A stretch of DNA of 64,000 nt from Anaerolineae bacterium. GTDB lineage: Bacteria > Chloroflexota > Anaerolineae > B4-G1. The notes under the pieces are model-generated. The model saw only the letters and a list, made by a program, of their open reading frames with translations, made no database searches and had not been told where the DNA came from. The position numbers and the translations under genes were made by a program. Below, piece after piece: positions 26,526-35,256 of this stretch (the stretch's first letter is position 1; every line of letters starts with the position of its first letter). The DNA lies in NCBI GenBank assembly GCA_034437455.1, contig DAOTUB010000002.1, forward strand, positions 3,176 to 67,175, read 5' to 3'.

Positions 26526-27650
26526 TCACGAACCCTCACCACGCCCCTCCGGCACCAGATACGTCGCCTGCGGCAGATGGGGCGCGATCTCGACCGCCAC
26601 CGCCCGCCGCATAAAGTCCCCCGAAGCCTGGATCAGCGGCTCCCCCAGGCTGGGGTCCACGCGCATCGTGGCCAGACAAGGATAGTGGTGATGAAACAGC
26701 CCGGCTTGAATGACGGCTTCTCGCAGGTCTATCCCGACTAATTGGCGGGCGACAGACCGGGCGCATCCACAGGCTGTGTCCCGCTCCACCTCAACGCTTT
26801 CGATCTTTTGATCGCCGCACGTGATCCGAAGCACCGGCCGGCCAAAGTAACGGGCAAACTCATCGATCCAGGGGTCCTCGAACGCGATCTCTTGCCGGCG
26901 CACATTATAGCATTTCCTGGTGAGAGAGCAAAACGGTTTGGGGAAAACGGCAGTCACGCCCATCGCCATCAACTGGGAGCGAAGCTGGCGAACCAAGCCG
27001 TCCGGCAGCCAGGCCACGTTATCCACCGGCGCGACGACGGCCCGCGCGCCGGTGCGCTCGACGATGCTGGGCAGCAGTTGGGCCACACCGCTCCGTTCTC
27101 CCAGCGAGAGCACCAGGTCGGCGGCGGGCAACCGGATGGGGAGAAACGTCTGCGGGTCATCCACTACCAGGGGGAGATCGGAGGGCGTGCGCCATGATTC
27201 CACCGCCCAGGTTTCGGGAGCAAAGCGGCGGACGTTTTCCAGGATGCGCTGGCCGTAATGGCCCTGGAACAAAATAAAAAGCCGCAACGCCCGGGGGCTG
27301 CGGCCATGTCGCTCGGTGGGTTCTCGAATTGCCTCCAAAAGGTCTTCCACTCGCTGGCCCGGCTTGTGCTGATGATAGTAGGTGTGGATGCGATTGTCTT
27401 CCAGCGTCAGTCCGATGACCTTGGCGTTGGGGATGGATTCGAGCACCTGAGCGATCAGGCGGCTCTGCTCCTCGCCTTTAGCCTCGAGGATGATCGAGTC
27501 GGGAGCCGTTGCCTGGATCTGAGCGAACACATCCGGGTCGATGGTGGCTACTCCGACGACCTCAATACCCGGTTGACCAGAGAGCAAGCTCTGGACGCCC
27601 TGGGCAAAAAGGGGCTGACTGGTGAGAATAAATACACGATGGTGATACAT
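26526..27650 (-). CDS. pseudo-receiver domain fused to a Cys-rich domain (DUF166-like by recollection)
   Basis: 374 aa. The N-terminal 110 aa align to the NarL-type receiver of the neighbouring regulator, but DD is replaced by TS and the phospho-Asp by Glu (SIILEAKGE). The C-terminal part has PKPFCSL, ACGCARS and HHHYPCLATM motifs. Confidence 0.55.
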   Translation of the reverse strand: MYHHRVFILTSQPLFAQGVQSLLSGQPGIEVVGVATIDPDVFAQIQATAPDSIILEAKGEEQSRLIAQVLESIPNAKVIGLTLEDNRIHTYYHQHKPGQRVEDLLEAIREPTERHGRSPRALRLFILFQGHYGQRILENVRRFAPETWAVESWRTPSDLPLVVDDPQTFLPIRLPAADLVLSLGERSGVAQLLPSIVERTGARAVVAPVDNVAWLPDGLVRQLRSQLMAMGVTAVFPKPFCSLTRKCYNVRRQEIAFEDPWIDEFARYFGRPVLRITCGDQKIESVEVERDTACGCARSVARQLVGIDLREAVIQAGLFHHHYPCLATMRVDPSLGEPLIQASGDFMRRAVAVEIAPHLPQATYLVPEGRGEGS

Positions 27651-27795
27651 AAAGGGAAACTGACCGTCGTAATGTCGACCTGGATTATATCACCATCGCG
27701 CGGGTCCGTCTATAGTCCATAAGGGCTACAGGGAGTTCCCTAATAGCTCGATATAACTAGCCCGTGACTCCTTATGACATCAGCGCTCCTACCGC

Positions 27796-28464
27796 TCAAT
27801 CGGATCGCTCGGGCAGACTCACCAATCCGTGGCTCACGGCATACGCGGACGCCTCGGTGCGATTCCTGACCCCCAGCTTGGTCAAGATGCTGCGCAGATG
27901 ATTCTTCACTGTGTTGCGGGCGATCCCCAATTCCTCCCCGATCTCCCGGTTGGTATATCCCTGCACGACCAAAGCCAGGATCTCGCTCTCCCGCGCCGAA
28001 AGCACACCCGCGGCCTCCGGCTGCACGACCGGGCGGCCCTGCTGGGCCAGTTGGCGGAAGAGCTTGCCCGTCATGCTCCGCGAGATGGGGGTCTCCCCCG
28101 CCATCACGCTCCGCAACTGCTCAAAGAGCGTCTCCGGCTGGAGGTCCTTGAGCAAATAGCCATCCGCTCCAGAGCGCACGGCGACCGCCAGGTCTTGCTC
28201 ACCTTCCGAGACGGTCAGCATCACCACGCGCACGTCCGGCATTTGGGCCTTGATGCGGCGGGTCGCCTCCAGCCCGTCGCAGTTGGGCATGCGGATGTCC
28301 ATCAGCACCAGGTCTGGCTGCAACTGGCGCGCCCGCTCGACCGCCTCCAGCCCGTCCGTCGCCTCGCCCACGACCTCGAAATCGGGCTGAAAGTCGAGCA
28401 ACTGGACCAGCCCCTTGCGGAAGAGCAGGTGATCGTCGACCAATAAAATACGCAGTGCGTCCAT
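27796..28464 (-). CDS. NarL/FixJ-family response regulator (REC plus LuxR-type HTH)
   Basis: 222 aa. Has ILLVDDH, LVLMDIRMP, VVMLTVS, and the C-terminal LSARESEILALVVQGYTNREIGEELGIARNTVKNHL. Confidence 0.9.
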   Translation of the reverse strand: MDALRILLVDDHLLFRKGLVQLLDFQPDFEVVGEATDGLEAVERARQLQPDLVLMDIRMPNCDGLEATRRIKAQMPDVRVVMLTVSEGEQDLAVAVRSGADGYLLKDLQPETLFEQLRSVMAGETPISRSMTGKLFRQLAQQGRPVVQPEAAGVLSARESEILALVVQGYTNREIGEELGIARNTVKNHLRSILTKLGVRNRTEASAYAVSHGLVSLPERSD

Positions 28465-28472
28465 TGCTCGCT

Positions 28473-28478
28473 ATTATA
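28473..28478 (-). promoter_or_regulatory. perfect TATAAT -10 box 8 nt upstream of the response-regulator ATG (possible leaderless transcript)
   Basis: Minus strand reads GTGTATAATAGCGAGCAATG. There is no Shine-Dalgarno between the box and the ATG at 28464. The -35 is weak (TTGTGT). Confidence 0.4.
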
Positions 28479-28492
28479 CACGCAATGTACAC

Positions 28493-28521
28493 TTGACACA
28501 AAACACCACCTGTGGCATAGT
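28493..28521 (+). promoter_or_regulatory. sigma70-like promoter for the pyrK/pyrD-like pair
   Basis: TTGACA (28493-98), a 17-nt spacer, then CATAGT (28516-21) preceded by TGG. Confidence 0.4.
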
Positions 28522-28540
28522 CCACTACGGGATCGAAAGA

Positions 28541-29275
28541 ATGGTACAGGTAGACGCGCAGGTCACAGATGTAAAATGGAGCGGGCCTTTCACGCGGGTT
28601 GCTTTCGCTGCCCCTGCAATCGCGTCGGGTCTGGCTGCGGGACGCTTCGTGCTGGCCGATCTGGGCGGCTATCTCCGCACACCGCTCTTCCCTGCCCAGT
28701 TGGACGATGAAGCGTTCGATGTGCTTGTTCCTCCCGACCATCCAGCCGCCGCTATCCAACCCGGATCGACGGTCAATCTCATCGGTCCGCTCGGTCGTGG
28801 TTTTGAGGTGGACGCGACGGCCCGCCGTCTACTGCTCGTCGCTGCCACCGCTCACCTGCCACCATTGTTGCCCTTGGTCTGGCAGAAACCCGGTTTCTCC
28901 GTGACGCTGCTCCTTTCGGCCCCTACTGCCGCCGAACTCCACCCCATCCGGCTGCTACCGCCGACGTTGGAGGTGCACATCGTCACCGCCGACGGCTCTG
29001 CGGGTCATGGGGGTTCCGCCCGCGCTCTCTTCCCCGATCTGGCGCGCTGGGCCGACACCATCTGCATCGCCGACGATCCAGCCGCCTACCCCGCGCTGGC
29101 CGAGATCGTGCGCCAGGTGCGCGTGGCGCCGGGCCGTCGCTTCGCCCAGGCGTTGGTCGCGCCACCGATGATCTGCGGCGTGGGAGCCTGCCGGGGCTGC
29201 GCCGTGGAGACGCGACGCGGTATCCGATTGGCCTGCACCGACGGCCCCGTCTTTGACCTGCTGGAGTTGGCATGA
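28541..29275 (+). CDS. PyrK-like electron-transfer subunit (ferredoxin-reductase fold with a C-terminal 2Fe-2S Cys cluster)
   Basis: ORF 28493..29275 trimmed to the ATG at 28541. The C-terminal CGVGACRGCAV...LACTDGPVF is the PyrK-type cluster. Overlaps the next gene by 4 nt. Confidence 0.65.
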   Translation: MVQVDAQVTDVKWSGPFTRVAFAAPAIASGLAAGRFVLADLGGYLRTPLFPAQLDDEAFDVLVPPDHPAAAIQPGSTVNLIGPLGRGFEVDATARRLLLVAATAHLPPLLPLVWQKPGFSVTLLLSAPTAAELHPIRLLPPTLEVHIVTADGSAGHGGSARALFPDLARWADTICIADDPAAYPALAEIVRQVRVAPGRRFAQALVAPPMICGVGACRGCAVETRRGIRLACTDGPVFDLLELA

Positions 29276-30087
29276 CCTCCATCAACCTGGCCCCCGACCA
29301 CAAGAGCGGGCTGACGCTCGACAACCCCGTGATGCCCGCGGCGGGATGCTTTGGCTTTGGCACAGAGTACAGCCGACTGGTCGAGGTGGAAGGATTGGGC
29401 GCGATCGTCGTCGGCCCGGTCACCGCCGGGCCGCGCCAGGGAACGGCGCCGCCCCGCACCGTGCCCGTACCCGGCGGCGTGCTGCTCCACACCGGGCTGG
29501 CAAACCCCGGCCTCGGCAAGATTGTACGCCGCTATGCCCACGCCTGGGCGCGCTCCCCTGTGCCCATCATCGTACACGTGGCTGGCGTCTCTCCCGAAGA
29601 GGCTGCATCCTGCTGCTCGCGGCTTTTCGGCCTCGAAGCGGTAGCCGGTATCGAACTGGGCCTACCAGACGCCATAGCCTCCGACGAGGCCGCCGCCATC
29701 ATCCGGGCAGCCCGCGCCGTCGCTTACCAGCCCCTCATCGCGCGGCTACCGCTGGATAGCGCCGGTTCGCTGTGCGAAGCAGCCGTCGAGGCCGGCACCG
29801 ACGCCCTCACCGTGGCCGCTCCACCTCGCGGGACTGCCTGGCACGCGCCCTGCGAGCAATTCATCAGCGGTCGCCTCTACGGGCCGCTCGTGCTGCCGCT
29901 GGCGCTGCGCGCCCTGCGCCAGGTGGCCGAGCGCGTGTCGGTTCCACTCGTCGGCTGCGGCGGCGTCCACAGCGCAAAAGACGCGCGTGCCTTCCTTCAC
30001 GCCGGGGCTGTCGCCGTGCAGGTGGATGGGGCGATCTGGCGCGATCCGGGCTGCATGGCCCACATCGCCCACGATCTGGCCGCATAG
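29272..30087 (+). CDS. dihydroorotate dehydrogenase-like TIM-barrel flavoprotein, divergent
   Basis: 271 aa. Has LDNPVMPAAGCFGFG and GLANPG class-1 PyrD motifs. The NxSCPN catalytic-loop position reads IELGLPDA, and GGLSG reads GRLYG. Confidence 0.65.
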   Translation: MTSINLAPDHKSGLTLDNPVMPAAGCFGFGTEYSRLVEVEGLGAIVVGPVTAGPRQGTAPPRTVPVPGGVLLHTGLANPGLGKIVRRYAHAWARSPVPIIVHVAGVSPEEAASCCSRLFGLEAVAGIELGLPDAIASDEAAAIIRAARAVAYQPLIARLPLDSAGSLCEAAVEAGTDALTVAAPPRGTAWHAPCEQFISGRLYGPLVLPLALRALRQVAERVSVPLVGCGGVHSAKDARAFLHAGAVAVQVDGAIWRDPGCMAHIAHDLAA

Positions 30088-30147
30088 CAGTAACCAATCT
30101 TGCCCTCGACCACGCACAATTGACTTCCCACTCATTCCAGGGTAATA

Positions 30148-31014
30148 TTGGGCATGGGGAGAAGCAAGATGGCGCATCGAACAGGTAACCACGCATCAGC
30201 CGCTTATGAGGAGGCCGGAGGAGCGATTTCCAACGCTTCGCGGCTGCTCGTCATCGTATCCTGTATCGCCGCCATCGGCGCGATGCTCTACGGGCTGCGG
30301 GCGCCGGAATCGCCTGCACCGGTCATACCAGAAGCCACACCATCTCCTGCTGCGGGCATCGTCGCCCCGCCTGCTGCCTCCACTCCAGCCATCACCCCAT
30401 CCGCCGCGCCACTGCCCTCCCTCGCCTTACCCACGGGTTCTCCGCCGCCGGCTTCGTCCATTACGATCCCACACATCGGCATCGTCGTCGGCCACTGGGA
30501 AAGCGACACGGGCGCGATGTGCCCCGACGGCCTGATGGAGGTAGACATCAATCTCGACGTCGCTCAACGAGTCGTCTACTCTCTGTTGACTCTCGGGTAT
30601 CAGGCAGACTTGTTGAAGGAATTCGACCCGCGATTGGAAGGCTACCGAGCCGATGCACTCGTCTCCATCCACGCCGACTCGTGCGAACCCTACCCCGACG
30701 CCACGCCGTCGGCCAGCGGGTTCAAGGTGGCCAGCGTCGAGGACAGCCTCGCGCCGGAAGAGGAAAAGCGGCTGGTCGCTTGCCTGGCACAGTGCTACGC
30801 CGCCCGCACCGGCATGTACTTTCACGCCACCAGCATCACCTACGACATGACGCGCTACCACACCTTCTACGAGATCGACGGCCAGACGCCGGGCGCCATC
30901 ATCGAGACCGGCTTTATGTATCACGATCGCGAGATGCTCACCCAACGGCCCGATCTGGTGGCTCAGGGGATCGTGGACGGGATCGTCTGCTTCATCGAGC
31001 GCGAGATGCCCTAG
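30148..31014 (+). CDS. N-acetylmuramoyl-L-alanine amidase (Amidase_3 type), membrane anchored
   Basis: 288 aa. Has a TM segment, a Pro/Ala-rich linker, then IGIVVGHWESDTGA...EVDINLDVA...ALVSIHADS. The start is uncertain (TTG 30148, ATG 30154 or ATG 30169). Confidence 0.75.
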   Translation: MGMGRSKMAHRTGNHASAAYEEAGGAISNASRLLVIVSCIAAIGAMLYGLRAPESPAPVIPEATPSPAAGIVAPPAASTPAITPSAAPLPSLALPTGSPPPASSITIPHIGIVVGHWESDTGAMCPDGLMEVDINLDVAQRVVYSLLTLGYQADLLKEFDPRLEGYRADALVSIHADSCEPYPDATPSASGFKVASVEDSLAPEEEKRLVACLAQCYAARTGMYFHATSITYDMTRYHTFYEIDGQTPGAIIETGFMYHDREMLTQRPDLVAQGIVDGIVCFIEREMP

Positions 31015-31035
31015 AAAAAACCCTGTTTCTTGCGC

Positions 31036-31650
31036 TCAAAACCCCATCGCCCGGCGGGCGGCACGCCAGAGGTTGGCGCGAATCTGATCCTGTTCGCGAC
31101 CAAATTGCCGTAGAAATGTCTTGATCTGCGCTCGCCGGGAGTTCAGGCTTTGGGGACACGCGGGATGTTGAGGAAAACCGGCCGCTTTGCCATAATAGGC
31201 CAGGTCCTTCTCCGCGAGATAGATCAGGGGCCGGATGACGGTCACAGCGCCGTCAAAGAACTCGACACGAGGAACCATCGTCTCCAATCGTCCGTTGCCG
31301 ACCAGGTTCATGAGCGTCGTGACAGCCGCGTCGTCGGCGTGATGGCCGAAAGCAAGTTTATCGCAGCCCGGGGCGACGGCGGCGGTGAAGAGCGTCTTGC
31401 GCCGGTTCCAGGAACAACGGAAGCAATCGAGCGGCAGCGGTTCCTCCGGCGGCAGTTCCAATGGGACAAAGTGATACGCAACGCCAAGCTCCCGAAACCA
31501 CGTCTCCAATTCTGGCCGCCGGTCAGGGAAACCGGCCGAGACGCCAACGACGTGAAGGGCCAGCAGATCATACTGGTAAGGAACCTTGCGTTGATAGCGG
31601 AGCAGCAGTTCGAGCAAGGCCCGGCTGTCTTTCCCGCCAGAGACCGCCAC
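31036..31650 (-). CDS. PP-loop ATPase, TtcA-like tRNA thiolation enzyme (minimal extent)
   Basis: Has the SGGKDS PP-loop, GHHADD, and CxxC-type Cys residues. Homology-like sequence continues upstream to about 31752 without an ATG, GTG or TTG (see findings). Confidence 0.7.
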   Translation of the reverse strand: MAVSGGKDSRALLELLLRYQRKVPYQYDLLALHVVGVSAGFPDRRPELETWFRELGVAYHFVPLELPPEEPLPLDCFRCSWNRRKTLFTAAVAPGCDKLAFGHHADDAAVTTLMNLVGNGRLETMVPRVEFFDGAVTVIRPLIYLAEKDLAYYGKAAGFPQHPACPQSLNSRRAQIKTFLRQFGREQDQIRANLWRAARRAMGF

Positions 31651-31736
31651 CGCTACTCGGTCTTTGGCGGCCAGCAGATCAAACTCCTTACAGGCCCGGG
31701 TAACAGATTTCAGCAGGAAAGAGGCAATACGGTCTT

Positions 31737-32144
31737 TTACGACTCCAGCAATCCTTTCAGCAAACCGAGACCTTCTTCGATCTGCTTAGTTACTAACCCG
31801 GCCACCACGCCGCCGCCGGGAATATCGTATTCGATATTCGCGCTGATGATGGTTTGATCGCCTCGGTCAGAAAACTTGAACAACCACGTACTGGGGACGC
31901 CTTGAGTCTGTACCTCAAAACGCTTATTGGGAATAAACTTGGTCACTTCCCCCGTGCCGCTAAACGCGGGTAATGGACCGAGCTTGAATTCCCAATTATA
32001 GGTGGTGCCCATACCCGATCCGGATATATTGGATACACCCGTGAGCGGAGGAACCCACTCGGGCCATCGAATCAGATCGGCGATGACACCAAATGCTTTG
32101 TCGACAGTCGCATTGAACCCCGCCGTTTTTTCAACTGTAGCCAT
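31737..32144 (-). CDS. SRPBCC (START/polyketide-cyclase-like) family protein
   Basis: 135 aa. The pattern ...VDKAFGVIADLIRWPEWVP... is typical of SRPBCC small proteins. Confidence 0.6.
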   Translation of the reverse strand: MATVEKTAGFNATVDKAFGVIADLIRWPEWVPPLTGVSNISGSGMGTTYNWEFKLGPLPAFSGTGEVTKFIPNKRFEVQTQGVPSTWLFKFSDRGDQTIISANIEYDIPGGGVVAGLVTKQIEEGLGLLKGLLES

Positions 32145-32341
32145 TTCGATCTCCTTACCAAAGATTCGCCAATGGACTATGGGCGAGGTTCAACATCAGG
32201 TGGAAAAAATATCCGAAATTCCCGCCCATACCCATTCGGACATCTTTCAGATTTTATCACGAACGTATGAATGTCACAATAGCCTTTTCTACCTATCTCA
32301 AACGCGACTCGGCCCTGATTGATTGACAAATCTTTTTGGAA

Positions 32342-32429
32342 CCGCAGATGAACGCAGATTCACGCAGATGAATGCTGAATTTGACTGAAAAACTAGAAAA
32401 AATCTGTGTTCATCTGTGTTTATCTGCGG
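32342..32429. repeat. inverted CGCAGATGAA-word repeat abutting the methyltransferase stop codon
   Basis: Left arm CCGCAGATGAACGCAGATTCACGCAGATGAATG, right arm AATCTGTGTTCATCTGTGTTTATCTGCGG, separated by an A-rich loop. Confidence 0.65.
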
Positions 32430-33104
32430 TTAATCTTGGATATACGGTATTGGGCTAGTTTTGTCAGCCAACCAGCGATTCCGCCTCAAGATCAGCGCCT
32501 GGAAATGAAAATCCAAATCGTCGTCCTCCAGGTGAATTTGCTCAAAGTCCACCAGCTCGAAACACCTGGTTGCGATCTCTGTGATCTGTTCATCGGAGAG
32601 GAAGGAAAAGAATCGCTTTGGTTCGTGGTGATCTTCCGACCATACTCCTTCAGAATTCTTCCCTCCATATACCCCCAGGTAAAAAAGCCCTTCGGGTTTC
32701 AACAGCGACCGAATCGCTTCCAGGACTTGAGGTAGGTCTTTTCTGGGAACGTGCAACAAGCAATTCAACGCATAGACGGCATCGAAAGAACAAGCGGGAA
32801 AATCGAGGTTCAAAAAATCCATCGCGTGCGCGACGAGACCCTTTTCCCGACATAACCGGACCATCTCGGGGGAAAGGTCTGTACAGATCACGTCCAGTCC
32901 GCGATCCTGAAAGAACTTGGCGTGTACACCCGGCCCCGAACCGATTTCCAGCAAACGTTTCTTGCCCTCCTTGCGAAACAGCGAAAGGAAGCGACGCCGT
33001 TCCTCCATCTTCCAGGGTTCGATCTCGCGGTTGTTTCGCTCTTCGGCCTTGCGATCGTAGGATTCGCGCAGGTCGTCTATCACCTGGCGGTACATTCGCA
33101 TCAT
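32430..33104 (-). CDS. class I SAM-dependent methyltransferase
   Basis: ORF 32430..33296 trimmed to the ATG at 33104, which overlaps the upstream stop (ATGA). Has LLEIGSGPG motif I and a Methyltransf_11-like core. Confidence 0.8.
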   Translation of the reverse strand: MMRMYRQVIDDLRESYDRKAEERNNREIEPWKMEERRRFLSLFRKEGKKRLLEIGSGPGVHAKFFQDRGLDVICTDLSPEMVRLCREKGLVAHAMDFLNLDFPACSFDAVYALNCLLHVPRKDLPQVLEAIRSLLKPEGLFYLGVYGGKNSEGVWSEDHHEPKRFFSFLSDEQITEIATRCFELVDFEQIHLEDDDLDFHFQALILRRNRWLADKTSPIPYIQD

Positions 33105-33868
33105 TCCAGGGTGAGGCAGGCCTCCGCCGCCAGCCAGAACAACCGCTCGCGCACCGAGGTCTGCCGGGACCAATCCCGGTGATCCCACACATCGCCGCTG
33201 ACGTCGTCGCCGCCGTAGAGCATCTGCGCAAACGTCACGCCTCTGAACTGCGCCACGGCGAAGAACGCCGCCGCCTCCATGTCCACGGTGAGGCAACCCT
33301 CTGACCGGCGAAGCTGTACCTTGGCGGGCGTCTCGCGGTAGGGCGCGTCCGTGGTCCAGGTCTTGGCGACGATATAGTCGCAGTTGTGCCTTTGCAGCGT
33401 CTTTTCGAGGGCGGCGACTCCCGCCGGGCTGGCGTTGACCTCGCGGCTGGGCGGCAGATAATGATAGGACGTGCCTTCGTCGCGGATCGCGGTTGCCGGC
33501 ACGATGACGTGCCCGACGGCGCTCTCTCTATCGAGCACGCCAGCGCCGCCGCAGGCGATGAACTTTTTGCAGCCCAGGGCGATGGCCGCCTCAAGCATGC
33601 TCGCGGCCACGGGAGCGCCTACACCGGGATGAAAGAATGCCAAACGTCTCCCATCCACCTCGATCTCGTAGAAAGGATGTGCGCCATCCTCCCAATTATC
33701 CTCAAAGATGAGGATCGACATCCTTTCCTGATGTAACTTGGCGACGACCTCCGGGAAGAAACAGACAACACAATGCTCCGGCGCGTCAGCAAGCTTGATC
33801 AAATCCACAGGCTCAATGATCGCCTCGGGTGTGGGGTCAAACTCCAGGATGGGATAATCTCTTTGCAT
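33101..33868 (-). CDS. nucleoside phosphorylase family (PNP_UDP_1) protein
   Basis: 255 aa. Has HPGVGAPVAA, ACGGAG and LTVDMEAAA motifs. Confidence 0.7.
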   Translation of the reverse strand: MQRDYPILEFDPTPEAIIEPVDLIKLADAPEHCVVCFFPEVVAKLHQERMSILIFEDNWEDGAHPFYEIEVDGRRLAFFHPGVGAPVAASMLEAAIALGCKKFIACGGAGVLDRESAVGHVIVPATAIRDEGTSYHYLPPSREVNASPAGVAALEKTLQRHNCDYIVAKTWTTDAPYRETPAKVQLRRSEGCLTVDMEAAAFFAVAQFRGVTFAQMLYGGDDVSGDVWDHRDWSRQTSVRERLFWLAAEACLTLE

Positions 33869-33871
33869 CTC

Positions 33872-34225
33872 TCACAACCCCAGGCGAGAACGTGGCACAG
33901 GCATTTTCTCGTCTCTCGCCTCCTCGCCGGTCAGACCGGGCGTGTGGATCACAAAATGCAGGTATTCGGATGAACTGGAGAGAAACGTGTGAGCCTCGCC
34001 GGGTTCGATGACGATGGTGTCTCCGGCGTTCAGCGCGACCGTCTTCTGTTCCACGCGCATCTCCGACGAGCCGCGCGCCACCATGTAAACCTCGGTGATC
34101 CGTTGATGGACGTGCGGCTCATCGATCCCCTCGTTCGCGTACCCGACCGAGACGGCCAGGTCCGCGTTCCAGGGGCCGAAACACCAGCCCTTGCCGACGG
34201 TAGGATCGGCTCTCTCAACACGCAT
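33872..34225 (-). CDS. cupin domain protein
   Basis: ORF 33872..34312 trimmed to the ATG at 34225. Has HVHQRITEVYMV...GDTIVIEPGEAHTF cupin motifs. Confidence 0.7.
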   Translation of the reverse strand: MRVERADPTVGKGWCFGPWNADLAVSVGYANEGIDEPHVHQRITEVYMVARGSSEMRVEQKTVALNAGDTIVIEPGEAHTFLSSSSEYLHFVIHTPGLTGEEARDEKMPVPRSRLGL

Positions 34226-34227
34226 CC

Positions 34228-35256
34228 CTACTCTCCAATCTCCCTGCCCTCGTACTGTCGCTTGTAATACTCCTGATAGTGCTCCCCGTCCTTGATCGGT
34301 CGCCACCACCACTCGTTCTCGACGTACCAGCGCACGGTTTTCTCGATCGCTTCCTCGCAGGTGTGGACCGGCTCCCAGCCCAGGCCACAGATCTTGGTCA
34401 CGTCGAGGGCGTAGCGGCGGTCGTGGCCGGCCCGGTCGCGCACCGGCTGGATGAGGCTCTCCGGCTTGCCCAGCAGCTTGAGGAGCAGGTGGGTCATGTC
34501 AATATTGCGCATCTCGGTGCCGGTGCCAATGTTGTAAACGTCACCGATCTTGCCATTGTGCAGTACGATGTCGATCGCCTCGCAGTGATCCAGCACGTAC
34601 TGGTAATCGCGCACCTGCAACCCATCGCCGTAGAGCGGGAGCGGCAGATCGTCGAGCGCGTTGGTGATAAAGAGCGGCAGGACTTTTTCGGGATACTGGT
34701 AGGGGCCGACGTTGTTCGCTCCCCGCGTGATGGTGACCGGCAGGCCGTAGGTGACGTGGTAGGCGTGGATCATCAGATCGGCGCTGGTCTTGCTGGCGGC
34801 ATAGGGGCTGCGCGGGGCGACGGGATCGGTCTCTTTGGACGCGCCCTCTGGCACTTGGCCATAGACCTCGTCGGTACCCACCTGATGCAATCGCTCCAGC
34901 CCGAACTCGCGCACCGCCTCCAACAGCACATACGTGCCATAGATATCGGTTTTGATAAAGGCGTCAGGCTCCATAATGGACCTATCCACATGCGTTTCGG
35001 CCGCAAAATTTACGACGGTGTCCACATCGTGGGTGCGAATCGCCTCTCGCACCGCGTCGGCGTCGCAGATGTCGCCCCGCACGAACGCATAGCGGTCGGC
35101 GAACTGCTCGGCCACATCCTTGAGATTGTCCAGGTTCCCGGCATACGTGAGCTTGTCATAGACGACGGCGTGGTAATTGGGATACTTTTCCAGCATGTAG
35201 CGGGTAAAATTGGAACCGATGAAACCGGCCCCACCCGTGATCATCAGATTGTGCAC
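34228..35256 (-). CDS. rfbB: dTDP-glucose 4,6-dehydratase
   Basis: 342 aa. Has TGGAGFIGSNF, the YAASK catalytic motif, and HVDRS. Confidence 0.9.
   Translation of the reverse strand: MHNLMITGGAGFIGSNFTRYMLEKYPNYHAVVYDKLTYAGNLDNLKDVAEQFADRYAFVRGDICDADAVREAIRTHDVDTVVNFAAETHVDRSIMEPDAFIKTDIYGTYVLLEAVREFGLERLHQVGTDEVYGQVPEGASKETDPVAPRSPYAASKTSADLMIHAYHVTYGLPVTITRGANNVGPYQYPEKVLPLFITNALDDLPLPLYGDGLQVRDYQYVLDHCEAIDIVLHNGKIGDVYNIGTGTEMRNIDMTHLLLKLLGKPESLIQPVRDRAGHDRRYALDVTKICGLGWEPVHTCEEAIEKTVRWYVENEWWWRPIKDGEHYQEYYKRQYEGREIGE

Noticed and set aside
29253-30196. Several Arg-rich ORFs on both strands over the pyrD-like gene
   Set aside because: Their composition is typical of off-frame GC-rich translation. 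The pyrD-like frame carries recognisable motifs.
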